A stretch of 60,612 bases of DNA, from positions 4,390 through 65,001 of the forward strand of contig CAYTFC010000006.1 in the NCBI GenBank assembly GCA_964436955.1, written 5' to 3'. The position numbers and the translations under genes are program-made. Under the pieces are notes generated by a model. It did not search any database, was not told where the DNA came from, and saw nothing but the letters and a program-made list of their open reading frames with translations. Positions within the stretch are counted from its first letter, which is position 1. Every line of letters starts with the position of its first letter. Below are positions 18,202 to 28,523 of the stretch, piece by piece. The stretch comes from an uncultured bacterium (GTDB lineage Bacteria > Chlamydiota > Chlamydiia > Chlamydiales > JAJFMA01).

Positions 18202-18989
18202 GATCCCTGTTTCTCCTTTAGAGTGTTGGCGATCCACTGTGCGCCCGCCGAAAATGTTTTGGGCGCGGTGCCGTGGCCCAAGTGCCCAATCGAGGGGCTA
18301 AGTATTAATTCCACCTGCGGCGACCGTTTACCCTTTTGAAATGATAGCTGTGTCAGATGTCGAATGAAGTGATAGCAAGCGTCGGTGGATATCCGTTGGT
18401 CGTGGTTGCCCATGTAGAAGCGAAGTGGCTTGCCAACGATCAAACCTGCAACTTCGCGTAATGTCGTAGCGGTTACCAAAGGATTGTCGCGCATGGGCGC
18501 AAATTCTTCAAGGCAAAAGAGATCTGTTAAGGGAGCAAATCCTAAAATAGCTCCTACATGAGAGCTGCGCGCCGCGATGTGCGTGGCGATAAATGCGCCT
18601 CGAGATAAGCCGGCTACACCGATAGAGGTGGCTACCTTTTGTGTAACAAGATGTTGAATGATGGCGGTGGCTTCGTTAAGAAATGCTTCTAGGGGATTGT
18701 GTTGTTTTAAAAATTCCTCTCGCCAGTGTGAAACTGCATTACGATTGTCCAATCCCAGAGTGTGCCCTGGCAGGGTCATGGAGAAGATACGAATGGGTTC
18801 GTTATTTAGAAATACCACGGGCTGATTGTAAGGATCTGTACCAAGACTTTCTTGAGCTGTTGCGCAAAAATAAAATAGTGCTGGAAGGGGTCCTACAGAG
18901 AGCGGGGGGCCCGCAAAAAAGACCGATGTTCCGAAGGGAGTTGTTAACTGTTCGTAGAAAACAGGGGCTAATTTAGGAGTTAGGGGCAT
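18198..18989 (-). CDS. Alpha/beta hydrolase
   Basis: GLSRG nucleophile elbow, GNHD, GHGT; start set at ATG 18989. Confidence 0.8.
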   Translation of the reverse strand: MPLTPKLAPVFYEQLTTPFGTSVFFAGPPLSVGPLPALFYFCATAQESLGTDPYNQPVVFLNNEPIRIFSMTLPGHTLGLDNRNAVSHWREEFLKQHNPLEAFLNEATAIIQHLVTQKVATSIGVAGLSRGAFIATHIAARSSHVGAILGFAPLTDLFCLEEFAPMRDNPLVTATTLREVAGLIVGKPLRFYMGNHDQRISTDACYHFIRHLTQLSFQKGKRSPQVELILSPSIGHLGHGTAPKTFSAGAQWIANTLKEKQGS

Positions 18990-20271
18990 GATAGGGTCTT
19001 CCTCGTCCTCTAGGTCGACGACGACGATGCGGACCTCGCTGGTCCTCGCCATCATAATCACCGCTTGAACCGCCGCCCGAATAATCTTCTCCGGCGCTTG
19101 CATCGCGCCAGCCTTCATAGGCCGCGACCAGACTCTCATCTATCATGGCACGTAGGCGCAAAAATACGAGCGCTAGCGGAAAATCAGGATGTTTCGTGAT
19201 TTTAGTGCGATAATTGATTTTATGATTTAAGGGCGTTAGACGGTACTGTGATGTCATGATAAAATGTGCGAGAACACGTAAGCGCCTGGGGAAATGTGAG
19301 AATGATGAGCTGGATACAGCGCGCCCTAACGCAGATGCCAATACGGATATGTCGCCAATATGAGGTGTGTGCGTGCGGTTGATTTGCTGATCAGCGATCT
19401 CTAAATGGAGTATGGGATATTGCAGGCATGTAGCTAGAACAGATCGATCTAGAGGGTCTGTTGTTTCCGGGTCTTTGTGAAGTGCATCCACGGCGCCGAG
19501 CAACTTGTACACAGCTTCAGCATGTTCACGACGCAGGAACTCTGCTAACCAAGGGAAAAGTAGTTCTAGGAAATGATGCTCTTGTAACAATCGAAAGAAT
19601 GGTTCTGCTGACCCGGATTCTAGCATGCGGAAGATCTCTTCCATTACACGAGCGGGCGAGCTCTTAGCGATATCTTCGCGGCAGTACTTTAAGGCGCTCG
19701 CGGTCTTTTCTTCGATTTTGTAACCAAAGCGTGCCTGGAATTTAAGTAAGCGAATCATACGGACAGGATCTTGTCTAAAGCGTACGATAGGATCGCCAAT
19801 GGTTTGCAATACGTGCTCGTGAATATCGTTCCAACCACCGACGAAGTCGATCACGTGATGTTCGGTAGGGTCGTAAAAGAGGCCGTTGATGGTAAAATCG
19901 CGACGTAACGAATCTTCTTCGGGCGTGCCCCATTGATTGTCACGCACAATCAGGTCATCTGCGCTTTCGCCAGATCGGAAGGTGGAGACTTCAATTACAT
20001 TTTTGCCAAAACGGACGTGTGCTAAGCGAAAGCGTCGCCCAATTAACAGGCAATTCTTCTTAAAGAGATGCTTGATGTCTTCCGGTTGCGCTGAGGTTGA
20101 GACATCGAAATCTTTGGGCTTCTTCTTTGCAAGTAAGTCGCGGACACCACCACCCACTAAATAGGAAGTGTATCCTGCTTCTTGAAGGCGCTGAATGACA
20201 AAAAGCGCATCGCGATCGAGTTGCGAGGAGTCAATATCATGCTCATCGGCCAGATAAATTTTTGGTTGCAC
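18973..20271 (-). CDS. pcnB: Poly(A) polymerase
   Basis: VGGGVRD, DFDV, PAP signature LIGRRFRLAHV, RRDFTINGL, DPVRMIR; Arg-rich tail; GTG 20271 with AGGAG RBS. Confidence 0.93.
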   Translation of the reverse strand: MQPKIYLADEHDIDSSQLDRDALFVIQRLQEAGYTSYLVGGGVRDLLAKKKPKDFDVSTSAQPEDIKHLFKKNCLLIGRRFRLAHVRFGKNVIEVSTFRSGESADDLIVRDNQWGTPEEDSLRRDFTINGLFYDPTEHHVIDFVGGWNDIHEHVLQTIGDPIVRFRQDPVRMIRLLKFQARFGYKIEEKTASALKYCREDIAKSSPARVMEEIFRMLESGSAEPFFRLLQEHHFLELLFPWLAEFLRREHAEAVYKLLGAVDALHKDPETTDPLDRSVLATCLQYPILHLEIADQQINRTHTPHIGDISVLASALGRAVSSSSFSHFPRRLRVLAHFIMTSQYRLTPLNHKINYRTKITKHPDFPLALVFLRLRAMIDESLVAAYEGWRDASAGEDYSGGGSSGDYDGEDQRGPHRRRRPRGRGRPYHAPNS

Positions 20272-20547
20272 AGAGTCGAAACTCTCCTGAGTAGAGCAAT
20301 AGGCGCCGCTGCTAAAAGCAGGGTGCTCGAGCACGAACGTTTGGGGGAAAAGTGTTGCCGCCAAACGTGCGCGCTGGAGCAGTCCCTATTAGGGTTAAGG
20401 AATCCTTAAAATAGGTAATAACTCCTAAATAGTCAAGGACAAGGAGTGTTTTATGGCAAGATTATGCGATGGAAGGATAGGGAAACCACCTACAATTGGC
20501 GAGAAAACTCTGCATATCGTGGAAAACGTTAGTGTTTGGAATATTCA

Positions 20548-20655
20548 AAACCCGACTTGTTACCTACACCGCGCTCGAACATAGTCGGTCTTCGCAACTT
20601 ATCAATTGCGAAGAGTATACCTGTTCGAGCGCGATGTAGGTAGCAAGTCGGGTTT
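20548..20655. repeat. 108-bp palindromic element (MITE/REPIN-like)
   Basis: aaacccgacttgttacctacaccgcgctcgaaca ... tgttcgagcgcgatgtaggtagcaagtcgggttt with inner tcttcgcaa/ttgcgaaga stem. Confidence 0.75.
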
Positions 20656-20725
20656 CAAGAGTTGTTCTTTCATTTCTCAATCACATTTGATAGGGTGACG
20701 AGCATCAACCCAAGATGGGGGCGCC

Positions 20726-22540
20726 ATGCGCACGACATTGCTTTGGCCCATATTTTTTCTACTTTTGACAGCGCCTTTGCATGCTGTTGAAAAACCGCAA
20801 GGTATCTCCAAATTTAAGACAGAGGTTCGCGTTGAGCTAGAGAATGGACCTGCAACCCTTGCAGACCTTCCGCAGACGACGCCTGATACTGACGCGTTCA
20901 TTGCGCAGTTAAAAGGTTTATCCCATGGAAGCATACAACTGGAGCAAAGCCGTACCGGGGTCTCTCAACACTTTGTAGTGAGGGACGTCACGGGCAAACG
21001 CCTCGGCGTCTTTCGCACGGTAAGCGCTGGGGGAGCAATTGAGGCTGAGGTTATGCTTATGGATCCAGATCACTTCTTTAATCTTGCTCCGGCAATTAAG
21101 GTCGTTATAAAACAGGGAAAGAAGAAAGTCGAAGGGTATCTACAGCAATTTGAAGGCTCCCAGCCAGGAAAGGTGCCTAGGCCAGATTCTTCATTTGTTC
21201 AACAAATTCAAAAAATCGGCATTTTAGACATTCTGCTTGCAGACGAAGATCGTGCCACAGGCAATATTGTGATTCGCGAAGGCATTCTAGTACCGATTGA
21301 CCATAACAATACATTGCTTACCGTGGACGCCGATCACTTTGGGTTAGACATTACTAAACGTTTAATTGAACCCCCATTTTGGCGTCGTGCTTACCCACGA
21401 GCTGCCAATCGTCCTGTATGGTTGAATCGATTGCAGTTTTTGTCCTGGGCGCAAAAACCGTGGACTGTGGATAGCATCGCGTTTGTTAAAAACTGGGATG
21501 CCAAGCACGTTGCACAAGATCTTAAGCAAAAATTTGCGGTGAGTGAGGGGGCTATTGGGTTAATGATTTCGCTGGATACTTGGCTAAAGAAGGGAGTCGA
21601 GGCGGGTCTTACTTTGGAGCAGATTGGAGCTCCCATCTATAACACCAAGGGAATCTTTCAAGATGTTTTTCACCTTGCTCGTACAGCACGTTTAGAAGAC
21701 GCCTTAGAGTATGCCGGTGTGGAGTATGATCTGTTGCAGGCAGTTGAACTTACCCGGCAACAGTTATTAAATAAGTCCGCAGATGACCGTTCTCTATCGC
21801 ATATTCAGACGATGTTTGCGGCCAATCTAAATACGCTATATGACCGTCGTATCGCGTTGATAAAAAACGCCCTAAATGCCGACCAGGTCGATGAATATTA
21901 TAGCGAAGTCTGGCTAAATTTACTTTTTCAAGATGAAATTCACGAGTGGTTGCGCACCCATCAAGAAATTCCAAAAGAAAAGCTACGTATGATGCCATGC
22001 AGCCGAACAAAGCGGCAAGCGCCTGATTTAGAGGTAGAAACACCGCTTCCTTGCGTTGTAGATGCGTTACAATTGGCCAAAAAATTGACCGCTGCTAGGC
22101 TGGAGAGAGACTCTACTAGCGTGGCTGCCGCCTTACGAGAGGATCTTCATCAGGCTTTTCTCGTGCATTTCTACTATGTGAGCAGTTTGTTGGGTGCTAA
22201 GCCTGGGACGGAAGAGTATCTACGGATGGCTCAGTTTCTTAGAGTACAAATTGAGCGTTCCAATGAGCTCTTGATTCCGGGAGTGGTATGGAATGCGGAT
22301 CAAAACCTTCAGATGTCTAAAATGAACTTATCTGATGTGATCATGGCCCTAAGTTTGGCCCGAAAACGAGCGTTGCAAGAAGGAGAATACTATAAGGAAA
22401 GGCTGGGGACGCCTTGGATTGCTTTTGCTGCACCCAAATACGTAGGCGACTATCTCGATCGCTTTCAGCAATTGCGTCGGCAGTTAGAGAAGGGACAGAT
22501 AGATCAAGCACAATTTAATGACCTGTCAACTCAGATGTAA
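20726..22540 (+). CDS. Signal-peptide protein with type II PI4-kinase-like (PI3/PI4 kinase superfamily) domain
   Basis: GYLQQF, QKIGILDILLADEDRATGNI, LVPIDHN, LKKGVEAGLTLEQIG; N-terminus MRTTLLWPIFFLLLTAPLHA. Confidence 0.7.
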   Translation: MRTTLLWPIFFLLLTAPLHAVEKPQGISKFKTEVRVELENGPATLADLPQTTPDTDAFIAQLKGLSHGSIQLEQSRTGVSQHFVVRDVTGKRLGVFRTVSAGGAIEAEVMLMDPDHFFNLAPAIKVVIKQGKKKVEGYLQQFEGSQPGKVPRPDSSFVQQIQKIGILDILLADEDRATGNIVIREGILVPIDHNNTLLTVDADHFGLDITKRLIEPPFWRRAYPRAANRPVWLNRLQFLSWAQKPWTVDSIAFVKNWDAKHVAQDLKQKFAVSEGAIGLMISLDTWLKKGVEAGLTLEQIGAPIYNTKGIFQDVFHLARTARLEDALEYAGVEYDLLQAVELTRQQLLNKSADDRSLSHIQTMFAANLNTLYDRRIALIKNALNADQVDEYYSEVWLNLLFQDEIHEWLRTHQEIPKEKLRMMPCSRTKRQAPDLEVETPLPCVVDALQLAKKLTAARLERDSTSVAAALREDLHQAFLVHFYYVSSLLGAKPGTEEYLRMAQFLRVQIERSNELLIPGVVWNADQNLQMSKMNLSDVIMALSLARKRALQEGEYYKERLGTPWIAFAAPKYVGDYLDRFQQLRRQLEKGQIDQAQFNDLSTQM

Positions 22541-22544
22541 CACC

Positions 22545-22573
22545 TTGAAATTTAATCGGACTAAGGGTATACC
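22545..22573 (+). promoter_or_regulatory. Putative sigma66/70 promoter of glmM-glmS
   Basis: TTGAAA-N17-TATACC upstream of GAGGAGG RBS. Confidence 0.5.
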
Positions 22574-22607
22574 GATCATGCTTTTTTAGGCCGAGGAGGG
22601 CAAATCG

Positions 22608-23978
22608 ATGGGACAGACATTACAAAGAAAACTTTTTGGAACTGATGGTGTGCGTGGACACGCTAACCGCAGTCCCATGACCGTCGAGACAGCGCTCGCC
22701 CTTGGCCGAGCTGTTGGTAAACTGCTATCCCGTCTGGACGGACGCCATCGCGTTATCATCGGCAAGGATACGCGACTTTCCTGCTATATGTATGAAAACG
22801 CGTTGATTGCTGGATTGTGCAGCATGGGTATTGATACGCTCATGGTGGGGCCTTTGCCAACGCCCGCTGTAGCGTTTTTAACCAGGGCTTATCGCGCATC
22901 AGCCGGAATTGTTATCTCCGCTAGCCATAACCCTTACTATGATAATGGCATCAAATTCTTTTCCTCCGACGGTTTCAAGCTGCCCGATAGCTGGGAGCAT
23001 GAAATCGAGGGTATGATTGAAACGAATGATTTTTCTGACGCCTTACCAGCTGATGATGCGATCGGTCGCAACACCAAGGTGGTGGGTGCTGACGGACGGT
23101 ATGTTGAGTTTGTGAAAGCGACCTTGCCGAAAGGAAGAACGCTTAAAAACCTAAAGATCGTTCTTGATTGCTCTCACGGAGCAGCCTATCGCGTGGCTCC
23201 TTTGGTATTTCGTGAATTAGATGCTGATGTTTCAGTCTATGGTGTTGAACCCAACGGCTTAAATATTAACGTTGATTGTGGATCATTACATCCACAGAAG
23301 ATTCAACGAGCTGTACTTCAACACGGAGCCGATGTAGGAATTGCCTTTGATGGCGATGCGGACCGCGTGGTGATGATCGATGAAAATAGTCAGATTGTTG
23401 ATGGCGACGCTATTCTAGCTATATGTGCCAAGGCCATGCAGCGTAAAGGGCTTCTGCAAAACAATAAAATTGTTGGTACCGTTATGGCCAACTTTGGCTT
23501 TATGCAAGCCATGGAGCGGTTGGGCATTGAAGTGATCCGCTCTCAAGTAGGCGATCGTTATGTCATTCAGGAAATGATTAAACATGGCGCTAATCTTGGT
23601 GGTGAGCAAAGTGGTCACATCATCTTTCTAGATCACAATACCACTGGCGACGGTTTAGTTAGCGCGATGCAGGTACTTAGTGTAATGGTCGAGACCGGGT
23701 CCAGACTTTCTGAGCTAGCTGCGATTATTGAACGTTATCCCCAAGCAATTGTCAACGTACCGGTAAAGACAAAACCAGCTTTGGAGTCCATGGAAGGCCT
23801 GCAGCAGATCCTGCAAAGAGTGGAAAAGTTGCTAGAGAAAAAAGGTCGCGTGCTTGTGCGGTATTCTGGGACAGAAAATATTTGTCGCGTTATGGTCGAG
23901 GGTTCTAAATTAGAGATTGTGGAAGAGCAAGCGCACGAGATCGCAAACGTGATTCGTAACGAAATCGGACAACGATGA
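22608..23978 (+). CDS. glmM: Phosphoglucosamine mutase
   Basis: LFGTDGVRG, SASHNP, FDGDADR, GGEQSGH, RYSGTE. Confidence 0.97.
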   Translation: MGQTLQRKLFGTDGVRGHANRSPMTVETALALGRAVGKLLSRLDGRHRVIIGKDTRLSCYMYENALIAGLCSMGIDTLMVGPLPTPAVAFLTRAYRASAGIVISASHNPYYDNGIKFFSSDGFKLPDSWEHEIEGMIETNDFSDALPADDAIGRNTKVVGADGRYVEFVKATLPKGRTLKNLKIVLDCSHGAAYRVAPLVFRELDADVSVYGVEPNGLNINVDCGSLHPQKIQRAVLQHGADVGIAFDGDADRVVMIDENSQIVDGDAILAICAKAMQRKGLLQNNKIVGTVMANFGFMQAMERLGIEVIRSQVGDRYVIQEMIKHGANLGGEQSGHIIFLDHNTTGDGLVSAMQVLSVMVETGSRLSELAAIIERYPQAIVNVPVKTKPALESMEGLQQILQRVEKLLEKKGRVLVRYSGTENICRVMVEGSKLEIVEEQAHEIANVIRNEIGQR

Positions 23979-23985
23979 GGCAGTT

Positions 23986-25812
23986 ATGTGTGGGATTTTT
24001 GGCTATGTTGGCGAGCGAGAAGCTGTAGGGATTACCTTAGCAGGATTGAAGCGCCTGGAATACCGGGGCTATGATTCTGCAGGTATTGCAGGCTTTGACC
24101 GAGGAGAGATTGCCCACTTAAAGGTAGTCGGGAAGATTTCAGCGCTTGAAGACGAAGTCAAAAAACACGATTTAAAGCTTACCACAGCCATCGCTCAGAC
24201 GCGCTGGGCAACTCATGGCAAGCCTAATCAAGTTAATGCCCACCCACACTTCGATCACTCCGGATCCCTTGCACTAGTTCACAACGGTATCATTGAAAAT
24301 CATGATGCACTACGCAAGATGTTGGAAGCAGAGGGTTGTGTGTTCAAATCGGATACCGATACAGAAGTTGCGGCTCAACTGATTGGACATCTTTATCAAG
24401 GAGACTTGCTAGCTGCTCTACAACAAGCATTGCCTATGTTTAAGGGCGCTTATGCCTTGGTAATGATTCACAAGAACCATCCTAAGCAGATTTTAGCTGT
24501 AGCTTCAGAAACACCGCTCGTGATTGGTGTAGGCGACAACGAAGCATTTATTTCTTCCGATGTAATGGCGTTGAAATCCATTGCTAAAGAGATGTTTCAT
24601 TTGGGCAGCAATGAAATCGCAATTGTTCAGGCGGATCAGATTGAAACATTTGACGCATCCATGTCTAAAATTACCAAGAGTCGTGAATCCGTTTCCTCGA
24701 CTGCTGATGAGATTAGTAAGGGAGACTTCGAACATTACACCATTAAAGAAATTTTCGAACAGCCTAAGTCATTGGCAACTGCCATCGCTGGCCGTTTTTC
24801 TGAGGAATATGGTACAGCGGTTTTGGACGGCCTTAATATGGAAGTTCATGAGCTGCTTAATTGTCAACGCATACTCATATTGGCGTGTGGCACATCCTGG
24901 CACGCGGGATTTATCGGCGCCTACATGATGGAAGATCTTGCTCGCATACCAGTGCAAGTGGAAATTTCATCTGAATACCGCTACAAGAACCCTATTGTCC
25001 TTCCTGGAACCTACGTTATTGCGATGAGCCAGTCGGGGGAAACGGCAGACACCATCGCCGCTGTGAGAGAATTACGAGCGAAAGGTGCGAAGATTTTAGC
25101 TGTGTGTAACGTCCATGGCTCGACACTTACACGAGAAGCGGATGGATGCCTTTATTTGCGAGCCGGCCCTGAAATCGGGGTATGTTCTACAAAAGCATTT
25201 ACGAGCCAAGTGGCCGTGTTGTACTTGTTTACACTGCTGATGGCGCGTATTCGTCACGTTGGTAAGGCTGAAGGCCAAGCGCTTATCGAAGCTTTAAAAT
25301 TGATACCGGACCAAGTGCAGCAAGTGCTTGAAACGGCTAATCATATCGAAGCGCTAGCTAAAAAGTATGCGCGCTACAACAACTTTTTCTATCTTGGCCG
25401 TCGACACATGTATCCAGCCGCTCTTGAAGGTGCTCTTAAGCTAAAGGAGATCTCTTACGTCAACGCGAACGGTTATCCGGCTGGCGAAATGAAGCACGGA
25501 CCCATTGCTTTGATAAATGAAGACTGTCCCACAGTGGCCCTTTGTGCCAATAAGGCCACTTATCCTAAGCTCCTAAGCAACTTAATGGAAGTCAAAGCAC
25601 GTAATGGATTAGTATTAGCCGTTGCTCCAATCGGTGCTGAGGGACTCGATAAAATTGCTGACGATATCATTTGGGTGCCCGATACCATTGACGAACTGGC
25701 AACAGTGTCTTCTTCGGTAGCCTTACAGCTTTTTGCATATTTCTTGGCTAAGGAGCGAGGTTGCGATATCGACCAGCCCCGAAACCTCGCTAAGTCTGTA
25801 ACCGTGGAGTAA
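23986..25812 (+). CDS. glmS: Glutamine--fructose-6-phosphate transaminase
   Basis: MCGIFG, RGYDSAG, TRWATHG, SQSGETAD, PRNLAKSVTVE. Confidence 0.98.
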   Translation: MCGIFGYVGEREAVGITLAGLKRLEYRGYDSAGIAGFDRGEIAHLKVVGKISALEDEVKKHDLKLTTAIAQTRWATHGKPNQVNAHPHFDHSGSLALVHNGIIENHDALRKMLEAEGCVFKSDTDTEVAAQLIGHLYQGDLLAALQQALPMFKGAYALVMIHKNHPKQILAVASETPLVIGVGDNEAFISSDVMALKSIAKEMFHLGSNEIAIVQADQIETFDASMSKITKSRESVSSTADEISKGDFEHYTIKEIFEQPKSLATAIAGRFSEEYGTAVLDGLNMEVHELLNCQRILILACGTSWHAGFIGAYMMEDLARIPVQVEISSEYRYKNPIVLPGTYVIAMSQSGETADTIAAVRELRAKGAKILAVCNVHGSTLTREADGCLYLRAGPEIGVCSTKAFTSQVAVLYLFTLLMARIRHVGKAEGQALIEALKLIPDQVQQVLETANHIEALAKKYARYNNFFYLGRRHMYPAALEGALKLKEISYVNANGYPAGEMKHGPIALINEDCPTVALCANKATYPKLLSNLMEVKARNGLVLAVAPIGAEGLDKIADDIIWVPDTIDELATVSSSVALQLFAYFLAKERGCDIDQPRNLAKSVTVE

Positions 25813-25830
25813 AGAGAGAGAGAGAGAGAG
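25813..25830 (+). repeat. (AG)9 microsatellite
   Basis: Directly follows the glmS stop codon. Confidence 0.85.
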
Positions 25831-25947
25831 TTTATATCCTACGCCGTACACATATAAAGACTTATTTAGGTTCTCTAAAATTGATCTCGAATGTTTTTCA
25901 ATTTGGCACTTTGCATAACATATAAGCACTTAATAATTTGACTCTTG

Positions 25948-27222
25948 TTAGAGCTGTCCTACGCCCTTGCTCAATTTAACCTCGGGTTGAATTCGCTCTA
26001 AGTTTTTAAGCTGAGTACCTATATCTCCTATATCTTTATGTTTCTTTTGGAAATCTTTTTTTAAATCAGATGGTAAATCGTTGACAATGCTTCTCAATAA
26101 TGTGCCACTACTAATCAGCGCTTTTGTTAGTTCATTTTTTTCTTCGCCCTGCGAATTTTCATATTTCACCAAATTAGTTTTAAAGCTATTGTAATGACTG
26201 TCCGCTGCTTTAAATAATAATGCATTTACTTTAGATATAGAGTTATCATCAAAGTTGTTTCTGATGTAAGAAGTCGCCATCTGGTCTGGAGACGTCTTTT
26301 GATCTATAGCTAATGCAGCTTTTTCTTTTTCATATTGCGACTTAATAATTGTTCTTACCAAAACTTGTTCGGAAGGTGGAAGAATTGTTTTTTTATTCAC
26401 AATCATTTCATATTCTATAATTTTCTGAGTATCAATTTTTACTTTTTCTAGATGTTCTTGGTAACCTGGTCTTTTTGTATACTCTTTTTCAGCTGCTGTT
26501 AATGGTGCTTCATTTTTTATTTTTTTAAATTCCTCTGGTGGAAAGGCAGGATCAGGTATTTCAGGATCACCATATAATTCATTTTCCTTTCTCAAGTCTT
26601 CAATTTTCTTTGAGTTTACACTGATAATTCTAAATGTATTAATTATGGCTTTATCTAATGGAGCTTTTACTACTTCTCGCATTTGCTTATTTAATTTTGG
26701 ATCGGGCACAAGGGTGTCAATTTGTGACATGAATTTGCCTTCAAATGCTTGCATTTTTTCTTGTAAATCTATTCCTCTCTGAGTATTACCTATTCTTTCT
26801 GATGAATTACTATGCACAAGAGCATTTCTAATTTTTGAAATTCCATATGAATTATTTTTAAGATCTGAGTTAATTTTATTCATAGAATTTCCTAAGCATA
26901 ATAAACGTACATTTTTTTTGGAAATATCTATATTTGAATGGATTAAATTATCTGGTACTAATTTTGAGATATTACTTTCTTTATGACTAACTGCAAATTG
27001 ATTGGATTCGTGTTTGCTATCTACATTAACTGACTTTGGAATATTAGATGAGGTCGAAATTTTATTTTGTGCAAACTCGTGCGTTTTTTCGGATATTTCG
27101 TGCATAGATAAAGGCGGTGTTTCAATTTGCGTTGTTTGATGTTCTGAAATAGCTTCATTTTTTGTTTCAGATCCAATATGAGATAATTCAATAGATAAAT
27201 TTCTTCCTGGCAAGCTTTCCAT
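25948..27222 (-). CDS. Hypothetical AT-rich protein, candidate T3SS effector
   Basis: 424 aa, Ser/Asn/Lys-rich low-complexity N-terminus, markedly lower GC than flanking core genes. Confidence 0.7.
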   Translation of the reverse strand: MESLPGRNLSIELSHIGSETKNEAISEHQTTQIETPPLSMHEISEKTHEFAQNKISTSSNIPKSVNVDSKHESNQFAVSHKESNISKLVPDNLIHSNIDISKKNVRLLCLGNSMNKINSDLKNNSYGISKIRNALVHSNSSERIGNTQRGIDLQEKMQAFEGKFMSQIDTLVPDPKLNKQMREVVKAPLDKAIINTFRIISVNSKKIEDLRKENELYGDPEIPDPAFPPEEFKKIKNEAPLTAAEKEYTKRPGYQEHLEKVKIDTQKIIEYEMIVNKKTILPPSEQVLVRTIIKSQYEKEKAALAIDQKTSPDQMATSYIRNNFDDNSISKVNALLFKAADSHYNSFKTNLVKYENSQGEEKNELTKALISSGTLLRSIVNDLPSDLKKDFQKKHKDIGDIGTQLKNLERIQPEVKLSKGVGQL

Positions 27223-27409
27223 AAATATTGCCCTTATAAAATTGGTATCTCATCGAGCAGGCTTATCCCTATATAAAATATTATATAATATAAATTTTTA
27301 TGATGAAACACATATATATATCATATATGAGTCATATATGTAGATTATTTCTTAATAATAAGTATAGTCATGATTATAATGCAGTAATATTATCAAATAT
27401 AATAATGGT

Positions 27410-27472
27410 TTGATCGATAGATGCTTGCTGTTAGTAGAAGGCTTGAGTGTATGAGAGTTCGTGAGCACGTAC
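27410..27472 (+). repeat. 63-bp direct repeat, copy 1
   Basis: 59/63 identical to 28722-28784. Confidence 0.9.
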
Positions 27473-27608
27473 AAAGTTTCCGCGGTTGGTTCATCGTAAG
27501 TCGTTTAATATTAGAAATATGAACCTATTTAAGATGACCCAATTCCCGAACTTTCTATCTTGGGGAAAATCGGAACTTTCTAAATTGCGCGTACAACGCT
27601 CAAAGTAA

Positions 27609-27637
27609 TAGACAAACAATAGTATATGCATTAGAAT
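27609..27637 (+). promoter_or_regulatory. Putative sigma66/70 promoter
   Basis: TAGACA-N17-TAGAAT upstream of AAGGA RBS and ATG 27660. Confidence 0.55.
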
Positions 27638-27659
27638 TTATGAAAAAAAAGGATGTTAT

Positions 27660-28523
27660 ATGGAGCCTTATAAAATAAATAGAACTCACTCAAATCAGTG
27701 GTGGTCTTTTCAAGGATTCATGGAAGATCCCCACCATAAGCTTGAATATCCAGACAGGTCTAACTGTGTTGCAGCGTGTCAGCTATATCAATCTTTGCAC
27801 ATTCAAAAGGACGGCATTACTGGTATAATTGCCATGCTTCCGTTTTTCATTGTATATAGAAAAAGTGCTGCCTTCGACGCTTACACAAAAATATTTTGTA
27901 TAAAAGTGATTAAGGATCTTATGATTACAAAAGGTATCAATAAGGGAAGCCCTAGCTGGATGTTCATGGAAGGTCTTGCGAGCCCCCTTATCGATCAGGT
28001 TTTGGCCTGCCACCATAACGAACTTAAGATTGGGGGATGTTCTAGTGATGCTAATAGCCGTGAACTAGAAGAAAATGAAATTCCCCAATGGATTGAAGAT
28101 GAAGCTGGAAAGTTTTTGAATGAAGATTTTTTTCCGGAACAAGCTGTCAGGATTTCAAAAAAAATCATGACGATGCTTCCATTAGTGATTCGTAGGGTTG
28201 AGACGGTTAGAAACTGGTCTCATCAGGACAGGAGGAATCGCATTTGTCAATTAGTGGATAGGCTTTTAGTTAACGATGAGATTGACCCGGAATTTAAAAA
28301 TGATGTCATTTTGCCAGCAGTAGCGGAGATCGTGGATCTTTTATGGAAAACATGCAATCGGGGAGTAGATCTTGAGAGGGCATTTATTAAGCCTGAGCAT
28401 CCTACTCATACGGCACATGATTTAAGTGGTTATTATACGGATGAGGGGGAATGGAAATTTTATGAAACCAAGAAAAATTGGGCACAGAAAATAGCAGGCT
28501 TTTTTCGTATAGGCAGGCGATAG
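27660..28523 (+). CDS. Hypothetical protein
   Basis: 287-aa ORF with promoter and RBS; no recognised domain. Confidence 0.75.
   Translation: MEPYKINRTHSNQWWSFQGFMEDPHHKLEYPDRSNCVAACQLYQSLHIQKDGITGIIAMLPFFIVYRKSAAFDAYTKIFCIKVIKDLMITKGINKGSPSWMFMEGLASPLIDQVLACHHNELKIGGCSSDANSRELEENEIPQWIEDEAGKFLNEDFFPEQAVRISKKIMTMLPLVIRRVETVRNWSHQDRRNRICQLVDRLLVNDEIDPEFKNDVILPAVAEIVDLLWKTCNRGVDLERAFIKPEHPTHTAHDLSGYYTDEGEWKFYETKKNWAQKIAGFFRIGRR

Noticed and set aside
25813-27600. Tn7-like element at attTn7 downstream of glmS
   Set aside because: No tns genes, no TGT...ACA ends with TnsB-site arrays, no 5-bp duplication seen
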